A DNA stretch of 42,638 nt from Minisyncoccia bacterium (GTDB lineage Bacteria; Patescibacteriota; Minisyncoccia; Phycocordibacterales; CSBR16-119), in assembly GCA_047619465.1 (NCBI GenBank), contig JBLHJW010000002.1:1-42638 (forward strand). The letters are read 5' to 3'. Every line of letters begins with the position of its first letter. The first letter of the stretch is position 1. This document shows, in pieces, positions 35,271 through 42,638 of the stretch. A model generated the notes under the pieces. It was given only the letters and a program-made list of their open reading frames with translations, did no database searches and was not told the DNA's origin. Both the position numbers and the translations under genes were made by a program.

Positions 35271-36407
35271 ATGAAAGATATCCACCAGATACTGAAAACT
35301 AGACCGACATATGTTGAGGTGGATTTTGATGCTCTTCGTCACAATTTCAATCAGATAAAAGATCATGTTGGTGATAAGAAAATTCTTTGCATAGTAAAGG
35401 GAAATGGATATGGTCATGGGGCTGTTGAAGTTTCTAGGGTTTACGAGAAGCTGGGGGCTAACTACCTCGGTGTGGCAATTGCAGAAGAAGGAGTGGAGCT
35501 TAGAGAAGCAGGGATAAAAATACCTATTCTTGTTATGGGCGGTTTAGCTCTGAATCAGATAGATCTTTGTATCCAAAGAGGTTTAACTATCACAGCACCT
35601 TCCGATGAGAAACTTTTGTATATAAATAAGACAGCTGGAGAAATGAAAAAGATAGCAAAGGTTCACTTGAAAGTAGACACAGGTATGGGGCGTATAGGTG
35701 TTAACTTCGCTAGGGTAAATAAGTTTTATAAAATAATGAAAGAGTGTGAGAATTGTGAATTTGAAGGAATATACTCTCACTTTGCAGCTTCAGACACTGA
35801 TGGAGATTTTACAAAAACACAAATAGAAAGATTTGAAAATGTAATTTCCAAATTTGAGGAAGAGGGTTTTAGCTTCAAAATAAAACATCTCGCAAACTCA
35901 GCTGGACTTCTCAACTATCCAGAGTCACGGTTTGATATGGTTCGTCCTGGGATTATTCTCTATGGACTGCATGAAGGATTTACAATTCCAGAAGAAATAG
36001 ATTTAAAGCCTGTTATGAGTTGGAAGACACAAGTTGTTTACTTCAAGTTTCTTGAGAAGAACACTCCAATCAGCTATGGTTTACTTTATAAGAACTCAGA
36101 AGACACTCATATTGTGACAATTCCAGTTGGCTACGCTGATGGATACCAGAGAAGTCTTTCAAATGGTGGCCACGTAACAATCAATGATAAAAAATATCCA
36201 GTAGTAGGGAGAATCTGCATGGATCAGATAATGATTGATATAGGTATAGATGGTGAGGCCTATAAAGGAGATGAAGTGATTCTTGTTGGATCTTCTGAAA
36301 GCCAGAATATAACTTTCTATGATTTATCCAGATGGGGAAATACTAGTGTTCATGAACTACTGGCTCAAATAAGCTATCGAGTGCCAAGGATATATCTTGA
36401 CTCTTAA
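35271..36407 (+). CDS. alr: Alanine racemase
   Basis: PLP-lysine motif VKGNGYGHG and a C-terminal beta domain. TGtTATTCT lies 6 nt before the ATG. Confidence 0.95.
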   Translation: MKDIHQILKTRPTYVEVDFDALRHNFNQIKDHVGDKKILCIVKGNGYGHGAVEVSRVYEKLGANYLGVAIAEEGVELREAGIKIPILVMGGLALNQIDLCIQRGLTITAPSDEKLLYINKTAGEMKKIAKVHLKVDTGMGRIGVNFARVNKFYKIMKECENCEFEGIYSHFAASDTDGDFTKTQIERFENVISKFEEEGFSFKIKHLANSAGLLNYPESRFDMVRPGIILYGLHEGFTIPEEIDLKPVMSWKTQVVYFKFLEKNTPISYGLLYKNSEDTHIVTIPVGYADGYQRSLSNGGHVTINDKKYPVVGRICMDQIMIDIGIDGEAYKGDEVILVGSSESQNITFYDLSRWGNTSVHELLAQISYRVPRIYLDS

Positions 36408-36434
36408 AAATCCATTTCTGAAAATGGATTATTT
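36406..36434 (+). terminator. Rho-independent terminator
   Basis: AATCCATTT-CTGA-AAATGGATT followed by ATTT. Confidence 0.7.
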
Positions 36435-36491
36435 AGTTACCCTATAAGATTAGGATCTTTTGTGATAAAGTTGGGAAAAAGAACATTTCAA

Positions 36492-37700
36492 ATGGGAAAA
36501 GTAAAACAACCTCTCTTGTTTGATATCAAGAAAGACCCAATAAAGAAAAATTATAAGACGCACAATAAGCATATCTTATCTATAAGAAAGCATGAGATGT
36601 GGGAAGACAATCTTCCTTCTGCCGATTTTATAGGATTGCCACACGTATTTCTATCTGGTGCTTTTGAGAATAGGTCTCGAATTTCAAATACTTCAAGACC
36701 GACCATGAGCAAGAGTAGTATTCTCACTGGAATGGCTGAACTATTACATGTTAAGAACACAACACTTCTTAGAGATGAAATAGAGAAGTATATTCGCAGG
36801 GAATCATATCTGCTTAAGAAAGAAACAAAAGCAAGAAGGATAGTGAATCCTGCTGGTGAAGATTTTTTCTATGCGGCTATTGAAAGAGGATTTAATCATT
36901 TTGAGGATGAGTATCTACTACCAGGATATCTAAGAGAGCGCATGAGGGATAGCATTCCTCAAACAAGCACTCCTATGAAATTCAGTGGCGTTACTCGTTT
37001 TGTCGCCAATGGGACAGGTGATATGAATTGGTACCAGGATACCAATAAAGCCCTACAGAGACTTTTGCCAGATCATCCAATTAAGTTGCTGTGTGATTTA
37101 TTTGCAGCAACATCTATTCGAGCAAGCTTGGAGAGTAATGTTACAAAATTCTTTTCTGCCCTAGATCAGTACTATGAAAACCGTCTGAGAAAAGTAACCG
37201 TTACTGGGCAAGGTGGAAAGAAGGTTATTATTGACAGCTATTTTGATAAATTCTTGGATGCTACAATAATAAATCTTAACCATATCAAGAATGGAATTGA
37301 ATTGGGTGGAGGGAAAAAAGGATCAGCCAGAAAGATTCGTAATTTTTCATTAGCGATGCAAGGATTTATTCATGCTGTTGTTGCAGATATTTGGATCACA
37401 AGAGTCTTCGATGCTGATGTTCTTTATAAGTATAAAGGTGAATACACCAGCAGAGCCCCCTCAAATAGTCTATACAATGCCATTGAATGGTATACACGTG
37501 ATTTAGCTAAGACTATTGGTTTTGAGGCTAGAGCCGTTAACGCCATGATGTGGGGCTCAATTCGTTTTGAGGAAGATGATACCAAGAACGATACTAAATA
37601 TCAGGTTCCACTTGGTCAACGTTTAAGTCACGGACTATTTACTGATCAGTATGGATCACTTGTTTCCACAGGAAATGGTATAGCTTTTAAGCAATACTAA
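36492..37700 (+). CDS. Hypothetical protein, family not recognised
   Basis: Long ORF starting at ATG 36492 or GTG 36462. Conserved-looking polar patches (LFAATSIRASLESN, KIRNFSLAMQG, VADIWITRVF). Confidence 0.7.
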   Translation: MGKVKQPLLFDIKKDPIKKNYKTHNKHILSIRKHEMWEDNLPSADFIGLPHVFLSGAFENRSRISNTSRPTMSKSSILTGMAELLHVKNTTLLRDEIEKYIRRESYLLKKETKARRIVNPAGEDFFYAAIERGFNHFEDEYLLPGYLRERMRDSIPQTSTPMKFSGVTRFVANGTGDMNWYQDTNKALQRLLPDHPIKLLCDLFAATSIRASLESNVTKFFSALDQYYENRLRKVTVTGQGGKKVIIDSYFDKFLDATIINLNHIKNGIELGGGKKGSARKIRNFSLAMQGFIHAVVADIWITRVFDADVLYKYKGEYTSRAPSNSLYNAIEWYTRDLAKTIGFEARAVNAMMWGSIRFEEDDTKNDTKYQVPLGQRLSHGLFTDQYGSLVSTGNGIAFKQY

Positions 37701-37727
37701 AAATCTCACTTTTTGTGAGATTTTTTG
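37700..37727 (+). terminator. Rho-independent terminator
   Basis: ATCTCAC-TTTTT-GTGAGAT followed by TTTTT. Confidence 0.85.
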
Positions 37728-37732
37728 TTTTC

Positions 37733-37761
37733 TTGACCAAAGCTTCTTTGGCAAGTAGTAT
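37733..37761 (+). promoter_or_regulatory. Promoter TTGACC-17-TAGTAT with the palindrome CCAAAG-CTT-CTTTGG spanning the -35 box and spacer
   Basis: TTGACC at 37733-37738, TAGTAT at 37756-37761, palindrome at 37737-37751. Confidence 0.55.
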
Positions 37762-37784
37762 TAAGAAAACTAAATATAGTCCTC

Positions 37785-38975
37785 ATGGCAAGAAAAACAC
37801 TTGAGCAGAGGATTGTTGAATCCTTTGAAAAATATAAAAAACACCTAGAGCCTGGACGTGTATCAGTTACAAGATCTATAGAAATTCTAGATATTGATCT
37901 AGTTAATTGTGTCACTCAGATGAGAACAGAGTTTACTGGAATTGAAGATCTAGCAGAGAGTATTGCCTCTGAAGGTTTAATACAGCAATCTACAGCTGTT
38001 ATGTTCAACGGAACACAGGCAAAAGAATATCTAGATATGATTAACTACATGCATGGAACTAAGCACCGCTTGAGTTCTTTGGTGGAGGCAAAATATCTTG
38101 GTAAGACAGTTTACTACATTTTAATATGTGGAGAGAGACGCCTACGAGCACTCAAACACCTATGGTATAAAGGTTGTCAAATGTGTCGCGGTTCGGTTAC
38201 GGGAAAACTTGAAGAAGGAGTATGTTTCAAAAACCACTTTAATGACATGTCTGGTAAGTCATTTCATTTTTCTGTCTCTAGGAATACAGTTCCACCAAAG
38301 GGTTTACTGGTTCAGTTTGCGGAGAACAGCTATGTTTCTCCAGGAGCACATGCTTTGGCCGCTGTTTATGGTCCTTGGTATAAATTAAAAAAGCTTCAGG
38401 ATCCAAAAACAACAATTCAGTATTTTGCTAATAGTGTAGGGAAGTCTCCACAGACTATAAGTAAATATATTGGCTACGTTGACCTTCCTTCTAAACTGCG
38501 AAAGTACGTTGAGAATGGAAAAATGAAATACGATACTGTTGCTGAAATTTCCAGATACCAAAAGGCTGGAGCCAACAAAGACCAGCTGATGGAATCATTC
38601 GTTTCAATTGGTCTTTATTACAAGAGCACAAGATCAGCCAGAAAATATATCAATGGCAAGATTGATGACCTAAATCCTAAGCAGATAAAAATGTTCGAGA
38701 TGGTTGTTGAAAAGCCAGCCTATAAAAAGATAGTTGATCCTCAGATTGCTAAGCATTTGGTCAAAGATCATGAATTCTTCTCCAGACTTGCTGATTTCAT
38801 TAATGATGGCTTTTTGACAAAAGAGGATAACCTGTTTTCGGATGAAGTTCAGCTTAGATATCTAAGTAGCGTTATTGAAACTGAAACAGAAGCATTGCCT
38901 GTTTTAAAGCAGCTAGTTGATTCAGATAAGTATAATTTATTCAAAACAGCTTTGGGTCAATTAAAAAGAGCGTGA
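37785..38975 (+). CDS. ParB/Srx N-terminal-domain protein with HTH, orphan (no parA), carrying a Cys/His insert
   Basis: QMRTEF...LAESIASEGLIQ...ICGERRLRAL (ParB GERR box, 38127-38150). ENSYV plus the HTH FANSVGKSPQTISKYIGYVDLP. The insert CQMCRGS...CFKNH follows the GERR box. Confidence 0.8.
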   Translation: MARKTLEQRIVESFEKYKKHLEPGRVSVTRSIEILDIDLVNCVTQMRTEFTGIEDLAESIASEGLIQQSTAVMFNGTQAKEYLDMINYMHGTKHRLSSLVEAKYLGKTVYYILICGERRLRALKHLWYKGCQMCRGSVTGKLEEGVCFKNHFNDMSGKSFHFSVSRNTVPPKGLLVQFAENSYVSPGAHALAAVYGPWYKLKKLQDPKTTIQYFANSVGKSPQTISKYIGYVDLPSKLRKYVENGKMKYDTVAEISRYQKAGANKDQLMESFVSIGLYYKSTRSARKYINGKIDDLNPKQIKMFEMVVEKPAYKKIVDPQIAKHLVKDHEFFSRLADFINDGFLTKEDNLFSDEVQLRYLSSVIETETEALPVLKQLVDSDKYNLFKTALGQLKRA

Positions 38976-38992
38976 TTTTCACGCTCTTTTTT
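38963..38992. terminator. Bidirectional terminator (parB-like and cysS converge here)
   Basis: AGAGCGTGA-TTT-TCACGCTCT flanked by A5 and T6. The TGA stop lies in the stem. Confidence 0.85.
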
Positions 38993-39056
38993 ATACCCCA
39001 GAGTATCTTCTCTCCCTGATATCGATTTATCATACTCTTTGGGTTCACCTTAATAC

Positions 39057-40418
39057 CTAAATCTTTTCTATTACTGGTCCGTTTTCTGTGTCTAATATAG
39101 TGTATCCTTTAGTTTTTAATTCATCCCTGAGTGTGTCTGCAGTTTGCCAATCCTTTTCTTTTCTAGCTTTCTCTCTTTGAGCTGCTAATTTTTTGATGTC
39201 ATTTGGAACTTTAAAATCTAGAGATTCTTGAATCCCTAACCCCAAGAATTCATCCATTTTCAAAAGCGTCTTTAATTTGCTAGCAGACTTTAAAGAATTA
39301 TCTTTTAACATTTCCCAAGTTAGAGCAAGACCCTTTGGCGCATCTAGGTCATCATTTATTGCCTCAGTAAATTTATCAAGATATTCCACACTTTCTTTGG
39401 CAAGGAGACTTGAAAGAAAACCAGATATCAAGCCTCGAGCCAGGTGGTGGATATTTCTAAGAGCATTTTGACTTGCTTCAACCGCCTCTAAAGTGAAGTT
39501 CGTTTGAGTTCTGTAATGAGCTTGAAGTAAGAAGTATCGGAAAGCGACAGGGGAGAAACCTTTCTCTTGTAAGTCGCGAAGTGTGTAAAAATTTCCGTCA
39601 CTTTTTGACATCTTTTTACCATCCACCATTAAGTGAGAGTTGTGCAGCCAGTAGTTTACAAACTCTCCACCATTACAACAAACAGACTGAGCTATTTCAT
39701 TTTCGTGGTGGGGAAACATGTTGTCTACTCCTCCGGTGTGGATATCAAAATGATTTCCTAGGTACTTTGTACTCATGGCCGAACACTCAATATGCCAACC
39801 TGGATGTCCTTTCCCGAGTGTTGTCTCCCAAGCTACATCACCATCTTTTGGGTCGTAGGCTTTCCAGAGTGCAAAATCCTGAACATTGTCTTTAGTGTAT
39901 TCATCGCTCGCCACACGTTCGGTTTGTTTAGTTGAGCTTAAATCTACTCTTGATAGTTCTCCATACTTTGAAAATGAGGATATATCGAAGTATGTACTTC
40001 CGTCGGGTGCTTTATAAGCGTTGTCGTTATCAATAAGGGTTTCAATCATCTTCACCATTTCTGGGATGTGTTCAGTCGCCTTAGGAAAGGTGTCTGCTGG
40101 AATTACGTTTAAAGAGTCGAGGTCATTCATAAAACCAACTGTATAGAATTCAGTAAATTCTTTTAGACTTTTTCCTTGCTTTTGTGAGTCTCGGATGGTC
40201 TTGTCGTCGACATCTGTGATGTTCATTACATGCTTTACTGATAGACCATTGAAAATAAGTGTTCTTTTTAAAAGATCAGCAAAAACATAGGCTCTAGCAT
40301 TTCCAATATGGGGGTAGTCGTAGACAGTTGGACCGCAGGAATACATAGAAACCTGACCAGTTTCTATTGGTGTAAACTCTTCTAACTCTCTTGTCTTGCT
40401 ATTGAAAAACTTTATCAT
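39057..40418 (-). CDS. cysS: Cysteine--tRNA ligase
   Basis: HIGN and KMSKS class I signatures. The start is set at M30 (MIKFFNSKTRELEEF), which removes the overlap with corA. Confidence 0.95.
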   Translation of the reverse strand: MIKFFNSKTRELEEFTPIETGQVSMYSCGPTVYDYPHIGNARAYVFADLLKRTLIFNGLSVKHVMNITDVDDKTIRDSQKQGKSLKEFTEFYTVGFMNDLDSLNVIPADTFPKATEHIPEMVKMIETLIDNDNAYKAPDGSTYFDISSFSKYGELSRVDLSSTKQTERVASDEYTKDNVQDFALWKAYDPKDGDVAWETTLGKGHPGWHIECSAMSTKYLGNHFDIHTGGVDNMFPHHENEIAQSVCCNGGEFVNYWLHNSHLMVDGKKMSKSDGNFYTLRDLQEKGFSPVAFRYFLLQAHYRTQTNFTLEAVEASQNALRNIHHLARGLISGFLSSLLAKESVEYLDKFTEAINDDLDAPKGLALTWEMLKDNSLKSASKLKTLLKMDEFLGLGIQESLDFKVPNDIKKLAAQREKARKEKDWQTADTLRDELKTKGYTILDTENGPVIEKI

Positions 40419-40452
40419 GACGTCTATTGTATCATAGCCACCATAAGCCACA

Positions 40453-41367
40453 CTAGAACCAGCGTTTGATTTTAAAGTAGATAAACAAGGTGACTCCAAG
40501 AACAATCATAACTCCCGCTATTCTATAAAAATCAACCTCAGTAAGCTTTAGAGCTGTATTCATTCCAAAGATACCTGTTATAAGAGTCAAAGGAAGCATT
40601 ATGAAAGACATGATTGTTAGAGCTTTCATTACTGAGTTTATTTTGTTTGTGAGAAGAGCGTCATTTGTTTCTTTTAGGTCGTGGAGAACATCTTTATGGT
40701 TTTCTAGGGTTGTTTTTACTCGCCGATGATCTCCAAGAATATCTGACAAATAGTGCTTGAAACCTGTACCAAACAAATCTGTTCCAGATCGTTCAAAAGA
40801 GTTTAGTATGTCACCATGGACGTTTATAGCTTGTCGAAAATCAATTAGTCTTCTGTTTAATTCAGATATTTTACGAACCATTTTTTCCTCCATGTTTTCA
40901 AATATTTTCTCCTCAATAAACTCCAACTCTGTATCAATGACCTGTAGTTGGTCAAGAGAGCTTTTGTATAGCTCTCGCACGATATTAAAGAAAAGAAACC
41001 CAGCGTGGTCACCTAGATCTGTTTTTTCTAGGGTTGCGTTAGTATTAAACACTTTTGAGAATTCCTTGAGAGAAATAACCTCTTCGTAGTGTGTTGTTAT
41101 TAGAAAGTCTTTTCCTATTATGAAATCGATTTCTATTTCATTCTGAGAACTGTCTCCTTTTTGAATTATTGTTGGAAAGTGAAGAACCAAGAAGACAAGT
41201 CCTTCTTTTTCGTAGTAATCAACCTTTCCTCGAAGAGTTCTCTCTGTCATCTCACTTGCAGCCAAGTCTGGTATCTGGTACTCCTCCGTTAAGTGAAGAA
41301 CCTCCTCTTTTGTTGGATTGTAAACATCAATCCATTTTATTTTGTTGTGGGAATATGTTGAAATCAT
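40453..41367 (-). CDS. corA: CorA-family magnesium transporter
   Basis: GMN motif (GIFGMNT) before the last TM helix, with the typical cytoplasmic N-domain. Confidence 0.9.
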   Translation of the reverse strand: MISTYSHNKIKWIDVYNPTKEEVLHLTEEYQIPDLAASEMTERTLRGKVDYYEKEGLVFLVLHFPTIIQKGDSSQNEIEIDFIIGKDFLITTHYEEVISLKEFSKVFNTNATLEKTDLGDHAGFLFFNIVRELYKSSLDQLQVIDTELEFIEEKIFENMEEKMVRKISELNRRLIDFRQAINVHGDILNSFERSGTDLFGTGFKHYLSDILGDHRRVKTTLENHKDVLHDLKETNDALLTNKINSVMKALTIMSFIMLPLTLITGIFGMNTALKLTEVDFYRIAGVMIVLGVTLFIYFKIKRWF

Positions 41368-42047
41368 TATTTTTTATTTTTCTTATTAATAGTTTTTCTC
41401 TTAGATCTTCTGTTTATAAATCTATAGTTTAACCAGTCAAAAAACTTATTCAATTTCTCTGAATTAGTGCTTGATAAGTTATAAAATATTGCAGCTCCAA
41501 AGATTATCAGTGACAATACTGTATTCACAAAAGAGAATCCAATAGCTGCCATTGCCATTAATCCAGGCATCACAATTCGTATCATTCCTCGGGCATCTTC
41601 TCTTTTATCAATCTCATCACTTTCTATGCTATCTGAATCTCTAACATGAACTCTCATCCAAAGTAGTGTCGCAGAGATAAGTAGCATATGTAGACCGTAT
41701 ACTAGAATTGCCAATTGAGAAAACAGATACAATCCTAAAAAGTGAGTTGAAAAAGGAACCAGTCCAATTAGAAGCAGAAAAATGGCATTTATGGAAGTGA
41801 GCCTGTTATCAAGATTGTGAGCAAAAACAGATGATATATAGTGTTGTCCGCGCCAGTACACGTACAGCAAAGTAAAAGATGTGGCGTATATGAAAAAAAG
41901 AGGCAAAATTCCAACTAGAGCATGAGCCAGATCCAACTCTGTTAGAATTTCGGATATCTCTGGTACTCGTATCTCTAGAACCAAAAGCGTCATTACTATC
42001 GCAAATATACCATCTGAGAGAGAATCAAGACGTTGCTGTTTTAACAT
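41367..42047 (-). CDS. TMEM175/DUF1211-family potassium channel-like membrane protein
   Basis: RLDSLSDGIFAIVMTLLVLEI signature in helix 1. Six predicted TM helices and a basic C-tail. Confidence 0.8.
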   Translation of the reverse strand: MLKQQRLDSLSDGIFAIVMTLLVLEIRVPEISEILTELDLAHALVGILPLFFIYATSFTLLYVYWRGQHYISSVFAHNLDNRLTSINAIFLLLIGLVPFSTHFLGLYLFSQLAILVYGLHMLLISATLLWMRVHVRDSDSIESDEIDKREDARGMIRIVMPGLMAMAAIGFSFVNTVLSLIIFGAAIFYNLSSTNSEKLNKFFDWLNYRFINRRSKRKTINKKNKK

Positions 42048-42139
42048 GTTTAAATTATATCATGATGGATGTTAAACGAGCCTCTCAAATAGGCCTTTAT
42101 GGGGATTTCCCAGATCTTAACAGTCCCCAGAAAGAATAC

Positions 42140-42167
42140 TTGCATTTTTGTTTTATTTAGGTAGAAT
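42140..42167 (+). promoter_or_regulatory. Promoter TTGCAT-16-TAGAAT
   Basis: TTGCAT at 42140-42145 and TAGAAT at 42162-42167, 10 nt before the rplU ATG. Confidence 0.5.
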
Positions 42168-42177
42168 AACCCCTGTT

Positions 42178-42504
42178 ATGGCAACTAAAGAATTCGCAGT
42201 TATAAAAACTGGAGGGAAGCAATACAAGGTCTCAGTAGGAGATGTTCTTCGTATTGAAAAGCTTCCAAAGGAGTTTGAAGAGGGAGACAAGGTCACTTTT
42301 GAAGAAGTGCTTCTATTTGATAATGGAAAAAGTACAGATGTTGGAACACCAACACTTGAAGGAAAAACAGTCGAAGCTCTATTTCAAGAAGAAGGACGAG
42401 CAAAGAAAGTCGTGGTGGCAAAGTATAAATCTAAGTCACGATACTATAGAAAGAATGGTCACCGACAACCTTTCTACGAAGTAAAGATTTCAGCAATTAA
42501 ATAG
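42178..42504 (+). CDS. rplU: 50S ribosomal protein L21
   Basis: FAVIKTGGKQYKVSVGDVLRIEKL, GHRQPFYEVKI. Confidence 0.95.
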   Translation: MATKEFAVIKTGGKQYKVSVGDVLRIEKLPKEFEEGDKVTFEEVLLFDNGKSTDVGTPTLEGKTVEALFQEEGRAKKVVVAKYKSKSRYYRKNGHRQPFYEVKISAIK

Positions 42505-42511
42505 TAATTTT

Positions 42512-42537
42512 AAAAAACACCGCAAGGTGTTTTTTTC
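42512..42537 (+). terminator. Rho-independent terminator
   Basis: AAAAAACACC-GCAA-GGTGTTTTTTT. Confidence 0.85.
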
Positions 42538-42584
42538 TTATACGAAGTTTTTAAAGCCAGATAGTATATTTGTCCTGGGACAGT

Positions 42585-42625
42585 TAATTTCAACCTTACA
42601 AGCTAAGCTTGTAAGGTTGAAATTA
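42585..42625. repeat. Perfect 20-bp inverted repeat separated by a single nucleotide
   Basis: TAATTTCAACCTTACAAGCT a AGCTTGTAAGGTTGAAATTA. Confidence 0.9.
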
Positions 42626-42638
42626 TTATTTATTAATA

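Noticed and set aside
38996-39047. Imperfect long-range inverted repeat CCCCAGAGTAT...ATACTCTTTGGG between the ParB-like terminator and the cysS stop.
   Set aside because: It has a 10-bp stem with a bulge and a 29-nt loop. It is most simply an auxiliary part of the convergent terminator region, with no evidence for more.
40419-40505. 29-aa N-terminal extension of cysS overlapping corA.
   Set aside because: CysRS homology starts at MIKFFNSKTRELEEF (40418). The extension would overlap the corA 3' end by 53 nt.
1-42638. Searched for tRNA, rRNA, CRISPR arrays, transposases, integrases and IS ends.
   Set aside because: I saw no GTTCGAATC-type T-arm in any intergenic region, no regularly spaced short repeats and no recognisable recombinase motifs. 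The only long repeats are the paralog modules at 21.4 and 25.0 kb.

Overview
Gene-dense, low-GC bacterial chromosome segment read with the standard genetic code: TGA stops sit inside terminator stems at 30499 and 38973. The gene content looks like Patescibacteria/CPR (Parcubacteria-like). Supporting traits are a short AlaRS lacking the C-Ala domain, a sigma-region-4/HARE-HTH protein, a PaaX-like regulator, very few Shine-Dalgarno sites and many orphan genes.

Most of the window is housekeeping:
- holB-like, frr, rseP, an M23 peptidase, mltG, a DnaQ-like exonuclease, mnmA and alaS.
- A compact ribosomal block: infA-rpmJ-rpsM-rpsK-rpsD-rpoA-rplQ-rplM-rpsI.
- grpE-dnaK-dnaJ, alr, cysS, corA, a TMEM175-like channel and rplU.

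I found no rRNA, tRNA, CRISPR array, transposase or integrase.

The most unusual regions are:
1. 20.2-25.5 kb. Two paralogous secreted NHL-propeller proteins have conserved ends and diverged cores. They share a T-poor, near-identical 3' module and flank a gene with a Bacteroidota-type T9SS C-terminal sorting domain.
2. 36.5-39.0 kb. An orphan ParB-like protein with a Cys/His insert sits next to an unrecognisable ~400-aa protein. Each gene has its own terminator.
3. Across the window. A TGnTAnnnT extended -10 box lies 6-8 nt upstream of the ATG at many genes, which implies leaderless mRNAs.
4. 686-834. In contrast, one orphan gene has a ~110-nt structured leader ending in a (TA)10 tract next to its start codon.

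All coordinates, repeat lengths and motif spacings were hand-counted from the sequence. Family assignments rest on recognised motifs, not on database searches.
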